Shown here one piece after another: positions 15,175-21,669 of a stretch of DNA of 21,669 nucleotides (positions are counted from its first letter, which is position 1; each line of letters opens with the position of its first letter). The translations under genes and the position numbers were made by a program. This DNA comes from Gemmatimonadota bacterium (GTDB taxonomy: Bacteria > Gemmatimonadota > Gemmatimonadetes > Longimicrobiales > RSA9): positions 1-21,669 of the forward strand of contig JBBDRO010000084.1 in the NCBI GenBank assembly GCA_040905425.1, given 5' to 3'. The notes below the pieces were generated by a model that saw nothing but the letters and a program-made list of their open reading frames with translations, did no database searches and was not told the DNA's origin.

Positions 15175-16017
15175 ATGAGCAACGCCGAGGCCGTGCTGCG
15201 CCAGGCGCTGGAGCTGGGGGACGAGGGGCGCTGGGAGGAGATGGCGCTGCTGCTGGCCGGTGCGCTGGAGGAGGACCCGGAGGACCCGTACCTGCTGTGC
15301 TGGCTGGGCGTGGCCGAGCGGGAGCTGGGCAACGATGGCGCCGCCTACGAGCGCTTCCGCCAGGCCGTGGCCGAGAATCCCTCGGACCCGCATCTGCTGG
15401 CCATTGCCGGAGCGGGGCTGGCCGCCTTCGATGACGCGGACGCCGAGCCCGCGCTGCGCGCCGCCGCCCTGACGGGCCCCGACCTGGTGATCACGCGCCT
15501 GCACTACGGCGCCTACCTGGCGCGCGCCGGCCTCTTCGAGGAGGCGCTGGAGCATCTGCGCGCCGCCGTGGCGCTGGCGCCGGACGATCCGGTGGTGCAC
15601 GGCGAACTGGGCACGGCGCTGGCCCTGCAGGGAGACATGCGTGGCGCGGAGCACGCCATGGAGGAGGCGCTGGCGCTGGCGCCCGAGGACTCCTGGACGC
15701 AGGCGCTGCTGGGGCTGGTGCGCGTGGAGCTGGGTGATGCCGAGCACGGCGCCACGGACCTGCTCGCGGCCGCGGAGGAGCGGGCGGAGGACGGTGAGAT
15801 CCAGCTGCTGGCCGCGCTGGCCGCCGCCGGCGCCGGCTGGGAGGACGCGGCCCAGGACGTGGTGGCGCGCGCCGCCTACGCCGTGGAGGGCGCCGACGTG
15901 GCCCTCATGGAGCAGGTGGAGGCGCGCCTGGCGGAGGGGCCGGAGGCCGCCGCCCGCTTCCTGCGCCAGACCGCCGGCCCGTCGGCGCTGCGCGATCGCC
16001 TCAGCCAGCCGCTCTGA
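15175..16017 (+). CDS. Tetratricopeptide-repeat protein (280 aa)
   Basis: Repeated ~34-aa helical units (A..HLRAAVALAPDDP..HGELG; A..AMEEALALAPEDS..ALLG). ATG lies 2 nt after the apgM stop. Confidence 0.85.
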   Translation: MSNAEAVLRQALELGDEGRWEEMALLLAGALEEDPEDPYLLCWLGVAERELGNDGAAYERFRQAVAENPSDPHLLAIAGAGLAAFDDADAEPALRAAALTGPDLVITRLHYGAYLARAGLFEEALEHLRAAVALAPDDPVVHGELGTALALQGDMRGAEHAMEEALALAPEDSWTQALLGLVRVELGDAEHGATDLLAAAEERAEDGEIQLLAALAAAGAGWEDAAQDVVARAAYAVEGADVALMEQVEARLAEGPEAAARFLRQTAGPSALRDRLSQPL

Positions 16018-16041
16018 CGGGTGGGGAGCGGAGAGGAGCCC

Positions 16042-17424
16042 ATGCCCCGGAATCTGATCGCCGCCGCCGCCGCGGCCGCGCTGCTGGGCAACGCCGGCGC
16101 CGGCGCGGCGCAGGACGCCGCCATGGAAATCAGCATACCCTACCGCGCCTTCACCCTGGACAACGGGCTGCGCGTGGTGGTGCACGAGGACCACTCCGTG
16201 CCGGTGGTGGCCGTGAACCTCTGGTACCACGTGGGCTCGGCCAACGAGCGGCCCGGGAGGACCGGCTTCGCGCACCTCTTCGAGCACCTCATGTTCGAGG
16301 GCTCGGAGCACGTGCCCGAGGGCCGCTTCGACGAGCGCCTGGAGGCCGTGGGCGCCATCAACAACGGCTCCACGGACACGGACCGCACCAACTACTGGGA
16401 GACGCTGCCCCCCAACGGCCTGGAGTTGGCGCTCTGGCTGGAGGCGGACCGCATGGGCTGGCTGGAGGCGGCCATCACCGAGCAGCAGCTCGAGGCGCAG
16501 CGCGGCGTGGTCAAGAACGAGCGCCGGCAGAGCTACGAGAACCGCCCCTACGGTCTGGCCTACGAGACGCTCTCCGCCGCGCTCTACCCTCCCGCGCACC
16601 CCTACCACTGGCCCACCATCGGTTCCATGGCGGATCTGGACGCCGCCACGCTCGCGGACGTGGTGGCCTTCTTCCGCACCTACTACGCGCCCAACAACGC
16701 CTCCCTGGCCATTGCGGGGGACGTGGACTTCGGGGAGGTGCGGGCGCTGGTGCAGAAGTACTTTGCGGAGATTCCCGCCGGTCCCGCCGTGCCGCCGGTG
16801 CAGGCGTCCGATCCCACCCTGGCCGCCAATGTCCGGCGAGTACTGGAGGATGACGTCCAGCTCCCCCGCCTGTATGTCTCCTGGCACACCCCGGCGCTCT
16901 TTGGCCCGGAGGACGCGGCGCTGGACGTGGCCGCCAGCGTCCTGGCCGACGGCAAGACCAGCCGGCTCTACCGCACCCTGGTCTACGACCGGCAGGTGGC
17001 GCAGGACGTGGCCGCCTACCAGTCCAGCGCGGCGCTGGGCTCCGACTTCACGGTGGTGGTGACGGCCCGTCCGGAGGTGGGCCTGGCGGCGCTGGAGGCG
17101 GAGGTGCGGGCCGAGCTGGGGCGCATGGCGGGGGAGGGGATCGCCACCCGCGAACTGGAGCGCGCTCGCAACGCGCGCGAGACCGCCTTCGTGGACGGCC
17201 TGCAGACCGTCGGCGGCTTCGGCGGCAAGGCGGACCGGCTGAACCAGTACCTCTTCTACACCGGCGAGCCGGACTGGGCGGGCCAGGACCTGGCCCGCTA
17301 CCGCACGCTCACGCCCGCCGACGTGCAGGCGGCCGTGCGGCGCTGGTTGGTGGAGCCCCACAGCGTGGTGCTCTCCGTGGTGCCGCGGGGCCGCACCGAC
17401 CTGGCGTCGGGGGAGGGGCGTTGA
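16042..17424 (+). CDS. M16B zinc peptidase, catalytic subunit, with signal peptide
   Basis: FTLDNGLRV, GFAHLFEHLMFEGS (HxxEH), DRTNY, VVKNER and YYAPNNA. N-terminus MPRNLIAAAAAAALL..GAA|Q; GAGGAG RBS. Confidence 0.93.
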   Translation: MPRNLIAAAAAAALLGNAGAGAAQDAAMEISIPYRAFTLDNGLRVVVHEDHSVPVVAVNLWYHVGSANERPGRTGFAHLFEHLMFEGSEHVPEGRFDERLEAVGAINNGSTDTDRTNYWETLPPNGLELALWLEADRMGWLEAAITEQQLEAQRGVVKNERRQSYENRPYGLAYETLSAALYPPAHPYHWPTIGSMADLDAATLADVVAFFRTYYAPNNASLAIAGDVDFGEVRALVQKYFAEIPAGPAVPPVQASDPTLAANVRRVLEDDVQLPRLYVSWHTPALFGPEDAALDVAASVLADGKTSRLYRTLVYDRQVAQDVAAYQSSAALGSDFTVVVTARPEVGLAALEAEVRAELGRMAGEGIATRELERARNARETAFVDGLQTVGGFGGKADRLNQYLFYTGEPDWAGQDLARYRTLTPADVQAAVRRWLVEPHSVVLSVVPRGRTDLASGEGR

Positions 17425-18923
17425 GTAAGCGACGGCTCACCCTTCACCTCACCGGTGCCGCGCTTACCCTCTTCGCGGGAGCGTGCGCCGGTGGCGCCGG
17501 CCCCCGACCCTCTCCGCCCGAACTCCCCACGGACATGCCCGAGCATCCCCCGAGCCCCATTGCCCTCGATCGTACCATGGCCCCGGACCCGGGGCCGGCG
17601 CCCACCTTCACGGCGCCCGCCGTGCGGCGCTTCACGCTGGCCAACGAACTGCAGGTGATGGTGGTGGAGCAGCACGAGCTGCCGGTGGTGGACGTGCAGC
17701 TCGTGGTGCGCGCGGGGGCGGCCGCGGACCTCCCGCCGGCGGCGGGTCGGGCCGCGCTCATGGCCGACCTGCTGGACGAGGGGACGCGCACCATGAGCGC
17801 CCTGGAGCTGGCGGACGCGGTGGACTTCCTGGGCGCGTCGCTGCAGGTGTACCCGGGCTGGGACGCCACCACGGTGGCGCTGCACGTGCTGAAGCCGCAT
17901 CTGGAGGCGGCGCTGCTGCTGCTCGGCCAGGTAGCCACCGAGCCGGCGTTCCCCGCGGAGGAATTCCAGCGCAAGCGGGAGCAGCGCCTGAACGCCATCC
18001 GCCAGGAGCTGGATGACCCGCGGGCGCTGGCCAACACGGCCTTCGCGGCCGTGGTCTACGGGGACGCGCACCCCTACGGCGCACCGCTGGGCGGCACGGC
18101 CTCCAGCGTGGCGGCGCTCACGCTGGACGGCGTGCGGGCGTTCTACCGGGAGCGCTTCCATCCGGAGAACGCCACGCTGGTGGTGGCCGGAGACGTCATG
18201 GCCGCCGAGATTACCCCGCTGCTGGAGCGCGCGCTCGGCGGCTGGGAGCGGGCGGCCGCCCCCGCCACGGAGCTGCCGGCAGCGCCGCGGCCGGCCCCCA
18301 CCGCCATCCACATCGTGGACCGGCCGGGCGCCCCCCAGTCGGAGCTGCGGGTGGGGCTGGTGGGCGTGCCGCGGACCACGGAGGACTACTACGCCCTGGA
18401 GGTCATGAACACCGTCCTGGGCGGCGCCTTCACCTCCCGGCTGAACATGCGCCTGCGTGAGGAGAAGGGCTGGACCTACGGCGCCGGCTCGGGCTTCGGC
18501 TACCGGCTGGGACCGGGGCCCTTCCAGGTGGCCACGGCGGTCTTTACGGAAGTCACGGACAGCACCCTCACGGAGATCGTGCGGGAGCTACGGCGCATCC
18601 GGGACGAGCTGGTGCCCGAGGAGGAGCTGGCGCGCGCCAGGAACTACCTGGCGCTCGGCTACCCCCGCTCCTTCGAGACCACGGGCGGTCTGGCCGGCAA
18701 CATGGCCCAGCTGGCCCTGTACGGGCTGCCCGCGGACTACCATGATCGCTATGTGGAGCGCATCCTGGCCGTCAGCGCGGAAGACGTGTGGCGCGTGGCC
18801 AACGCCTACCTGGACCCCGGCCGCAGCGCCATCGTGGTGGCCGGGGACCGGGCGCGCATCGAGGCGGGCCTGCGCGCACTGCGCCTGGGGCCGGTCTACG
18901 TGCGTGAGCCCGCGGCGCCCTGA
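17421..18923 (+). CDS. M16B peptidase non-catalytic subunit, probable lipoprotein
   Basis: No HxxEH (ALMADLLDEG). Carries the R/Y pair in SRLNMRLREEKGWTYG. N-terminal KRR, hydrophobic stretch and AGA-C22, then a Pro-rich tether. TTG start overlaps the upstream TGA. Confidence 0.9.
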   Translation: MSKRRLTLHLTGAALTLFAGACAGGAGPRPSPPELPTDMPEHPPSPIALDRTMAPDPGPAPTFTAPAVRRFTLANELQVMVVEQHELPVVDVQLVVRAGAAADLPPAAGRAALMADLLDEGTRTMSALELADAVDFLGASLQVYPGWDATTVALHVLKPHLEAALLLLGQVATEPAFPAEEFQRKREQRLNAIRQELDDPRALANTAFAAVVYGDAHPYGAPLGGTASSVAALTLDGVRAFYRERFHPENATLVVAGDVMAAEITPLLERALGGWERAAAPATELPAAPRPAPTAIHIVDRPGAPQSELRVGLVGVPRTTEDYYALEVMNTVLGGAFTSRLNMRLREEKGWTYGAGSGFGYRLGPGPFQVATAVFTEVTDSTLTEIVRELRRIRDELVPEEELARARNYLALGYPRSFETTGGLAGNMAQLALYGLPADYHDRYVERILAVSAEDVWRVANAYLDPGRSAIVVAGDRARIEAGLRALRLGPVYVREPAAP

Positions 18924-18969
18924 GACGAGTCGAGATGCCAGCCAATGCACGCGTGAGGAGGCGCCGAGC

Positions 18970-20235
18970 ATGAAGATACCCTTCGAGCAGCACACCCTGG
19001 AGAACGGTCTCCGGGTCATCCTGGCGCCGGATCCCGCCGCGCCCGTGGTGGCGGTCAACCTGTGGTACAACGTGGGCTCCCGGAACGAGCGGCCCGGGCG
19101 CACCGGCTTTGCCCACCTCTTCGAACACATGATGTTCCAGGGTTCGGAGCACGTGCCGGAGGCCGCGCACTTCTCCTTCATCGAGAAGGCCGGCGGCTCG
19201 CTGAACGGCTCCACCTGGCTGGATCGCACCAATTACTTTGAGACGCTCCCGGCCCACTACCTGGAGCTGGGGCTGTGGCTGGAGGCGGACCGCCTGGGCT
19301 GGTTCCTGCCGGCGCTCACCCAGGAGAAGCTGGACAACCAGCGTGACGTGGTGAAGAACGAGCGGCTGTGGCGCGTGGACAACCAGCCCTACGGGGACTG
19401 GGACGAGCGGCTGCAGGCGCTGGTCTATCCGGAGACGCATCCCTACCACCACTCGGTGATCGGCTCCATGGCGGACCTGGACGCCGCCTCCCTGGAGGAC
19501 GTGGAGCAGTTCTTCCGCACCTACTACGCGCCCAACAACGCCGTACTGACCCTGTGCGGGGAGCTGGACCCCGCGCGGGCGCTGGAGCGCGTACGGGCGT
19601 GGTTTGGTGACATCCCGCACGGCCCGGCCGTGCCGCCCATCCCTGGCACCACGGAGCTGCCGGAGACGCTGGGCGGCGAGGTGCGCGAACGGGGCACCGT
19701 GGCGGGCGCGCTGCCGCGGGTGTACCTGGCCTACCGCATCCCGCCCTACGGCAGCCAGGACTTCTACGCCGCCGCCGTGGCCTCGCAGGTGCTGGCCTGG
19801 GGCAAGGCTTCGCTGCTCTATCGCGGGCTGGTGAAGGAGCGGCGCGCGGCCCAGGACGTGGTGGCGTTTGCCTTTCCCATCGTGGTGGGCGCCTCCATGC
19901 TGGTGCTCTGGGCCACGGCGCGGCCGGGGGTGGGCAGTGCGCGCCTGGAGGAACTGCTGCTCGAGGAGGTGGCCACCCTGGCGGCGGCCTCGGACGCCGA
20001 CGTGGAGCGCGCCGTGCGCCTCATGGAGGCGCGCCAGCTCCAGGAACTGCAGCGCGTGGACGAGCGCGCCGACCAGCTGTCCATGCACGCCACGCTCTTC
20101 GACGACCCCGACCGGATCAATACCGAGCTGGACCGTATACGCGCGGTGACCACGGAGGACGTGCGGGCCTTTGCCCGCCGCTTTCTCGGCGCGGACAATC
20201 GCGTACTGCTCACCTACGACCGCCCCGCCGCCTGA
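18970..20235 (+). CDS. M16B zinc peptidase, catalytic subunit, no signal peptide (421 aa)
   Basis: Starts MKIPFEQHTLENGLRV; GFAHLFEHMMFQGS, DRTNY, VVKNER and YYAPNNA. GAGGAGG RBS upstream. Confidence 0.93.
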   Translation: MKIPFEQHTLENGLRVILAPDPAAPVVAVNLWYNVGSRNERPGRTGFAHLFEHMMFQGSEHVPEAAHFSFIEKAGGSLNGSTWLDRTNYFETLPAHYLELGLWLEADRLGWFLPALTQEKLDNQRDVVKNERLWRVDNQPYGDWDERLQALVYPETHPYHHSVIGSMADLDAASLEDVEQFFRTYYAPNNAVLTLCGELDPARALERVRAWFGDIPHGPAVPPIPGTTELPETLGGEVRERGTVAGALPRVYLAYRIPPYGSQDFYAAAVASQVLAWGKASLLYRGLVKERRAAQDVVAFAFPIVVGASMLVLWATARPGVGSARLEELLLEEVATLAAASDADVERAVRLMEARQLQELQRVDERADQLSMHATLFDDPDRINTELDRIRAVTTEDVRAFARRFLGADNRVLLTYDRPAA

Positions 20236-21669
20236 TGCCCAAATCTCCCGACCACCCGAATCCGGCCGCCCCGGAGCCGTCCGTGACCCCCGTCGATCGG
20301 GAGCGGCCCCCCGCGCCCGGCCCCGTGCGGCCGTTCGCCTTCCCACATGTGCACCGCGGCGCACTGGCCAACGGGCTGGCCGTGCTGGCGGCGCGCGCTG
20401 GCGACCTGCCGCTGGTGACCGCCCAGGTGGTGCTGGACGCCGGCGCCGTGCGCGAGGACGCGGGGCGCGCCGGGCTGGCGCAGCTTACGGCGTGTCTCCT
20501 GGACGCCGGCGCGGGCGGGCGGGACGGGGACGCGCTCGCCTGGGAGCTGGAGCGCCTGGGCGTGGCACTGGAGGCCACGGCCGGCTGGGACGCCCTGGTG
20601 GTGGGGCTCACCGTCCACGCCGACCGGCTGGAGCCGGCGCTGGCGCTGCTGGCGGACATCGTGCGCCGGCCGGACTTCCCCGAGGACGAGGTGGGCCGCC
20701 TGCGTGACGAGCAGCTGGCCGGCCTGGTGCAGCGGCGCGCCGACCCGCGCCTGCTGGCGGGGGACATGGCTACCCGCTTCCTGTACGCGGCGGACGCCCC
20801 CTACGCTCGCCCTCTGCCCGGCACGGACGAGACCGTAGCCGAGCTTACCCCCGCTGACGTGAGCGAATTCCACGGCCGCTGGTTCGTGGCGCCGGACTCG
20901 GCGCTGGTCCTGGTGGGCGCCCTGGACCCGGAGAGCGCGCCGGAGCTGGCGGAGCGCTTCTTCGGTGACTGGGACGGCGCGGCGCCCGGTCCGGTCGCGG
21001 CCTCCTCCGCGCCGCGGGCCGTCGAGCCCGTGGTCCACCTGGTGGATCGGCCCGGCGCGGTGCAGACGGAGCTTCGTATGGGGCACGTGGGCGTGGCCCG
21101 TGGGCATCCCGACCACTTTCCCCTGCAGGTCATGAACAGCCTGCTCGGCGGCGCCTTCACCAGCCGGCTGAACATGAACCTGCGCGAGAAGCACGGCTTC
21201 ACCTACGGCGTGCGGAGCGGCTTTACCATGCGTCGGCTGCCGGGGCCGTTCCTCATCCAGACGGCCGTGGCCACGGCCGTCACCGCGCGCGCGGTGGAGG
21301 AGGTCCTGAAGGAGGTGGCGCGGCTCCGCGAGGAGGGCGCCCCCGAGGGCGAGGTGGCCGCCAACCGGGACTACCTGGCGGGCGTGCAGCCCCTGCAGCT
21401 CCAGACCACCGAGCAGGTGGCCGGCCACCTCACCGACCTCGTGGTCTATGGCCTGCCCGATGACTGGTATGACACCTACGCCGCCCGCATCCAGGCCGTC
21501 ACCCCCGAGGAGGTCCACCGCGTGGCCCGCGAGTACGTGCGCCCGGAGCGCATGGCCACCGTGGTGGTGGGGGCGGCGGACGCGCTGGCGGAGGCATTGG
21601 CGGGGCTGGGCGCCGGGCCGGTCGAGCGCCACGCGCTGTCCGGGCACGGCGGGGGAGAGGCCACCGATG
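20235..21669 (+). CDS. M16B peptidase non-catalytic subunit, no signal peptide, 3'-truncated by the window edge (not in the ORF track)
   Basis: ATG overlaps the upstream TGA (TGATG). Translates MPKSPDHP..VDRERPPAPGPVRPFAFP..LANGL..AGWD..SLLGGAFTSRLNMNLREKHGFTYG..YGLPDD with no stop before the edge. No HxxEH. Confidence 0.9.
   Translation, partial: MPKSPDHPNPAAPEPSVTPVDRERPPAPGPVRPFAFPHVHRGALANGLAVLAARAGDLPLVTAQVVLDAGAVREDAGRAGLAQLTACLLDAGAGGRDGDALAWELERLGVALEATAGWDALVVGLTVHADRLEPALALLADIVRRPDFPEDEVGRLRDEQLAGLVQRRADPRLLAGDMATRFLYAADAPYARPLPGTDETVAELTPADVSEFHGRWFVAPDSALVLVGALDPESAPELAERFFGDWDGAAPGPVAASSAPRAVEPVVHLVDRPGAVQTELRMGHVGVARGHPDHFPLQVMNSLLGGAFTSRLNMNLREKHGFTYGVRSGFTMRRLPGPFLIQTAVATAVTARAVEEVLKEVARLREEGAPEGEVAANRDYLAGVQPLQLQTTEQVAGHLTDLVVYGLPDDWYDTYAARIQAVTPEEVHRVAREYVRPERMATVVVGAADALAEALAGLGAGPVERHALSGHGGGEATD

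Noticed and set aside
16669..19542. 33-nt exact direct repeat as a possible mobile-element boundary
   Set aside because: It encodes the conserved FFRTYYAPNNA motif in two paralogous M16 genes, so paralogy and codon bias explain it.
21654..21669. GGAGAGG followed by ATG at the very end, a possible start of the next gene
   Set aside because: Plausible, but there is no downstream sequence to support a call.

Overview
Very GC-rich, densely coding bacterial DNA. Gene content and style suggest Gemmatimonadota (inference only). There is no rRNA, tRNA, CRISPR array or transposase. Left half, minus strand, in transcription order: single-domain receiver -> soluble Ser/Thr kinase -> HEAT-repeat protein -> intact HD-GYP phosphodiesterase -> secreted M14 pseudo-carboxypeptidase -> secreted active M14 carboxypeptidase -> ~760 nt repeat- and hairpin-rich intergenic region -> second, shorter HEAT protein -> second, degenerate HD-GYP protein. 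This run converges on the tail of a MutS-like gene. Middle: an alpha/beta hydrolase and a PLP aminotransferase. Right half, plus strand: apgM-type phosphoglycerate mutase, a TPR protein and four M16B peptidase subunits (one exported pair, one cytoplasmic pair; the last gene runs off the window). Main observation: the long HEAT protein and its HD-GYP partner share a homologous ~130-aa N-terminal domain (Y-x-x-G-H ... I-x-x-x-x-F-x-x-G-V ... EEFL). The paralogous second cassette lacks that domain in both partners and has HD changed to MD. This looks like a two-tier HEAT/HD-GYP cyclic-dinucleotide signalling system. All family calls come from motif recognition by eye; no searches were run.
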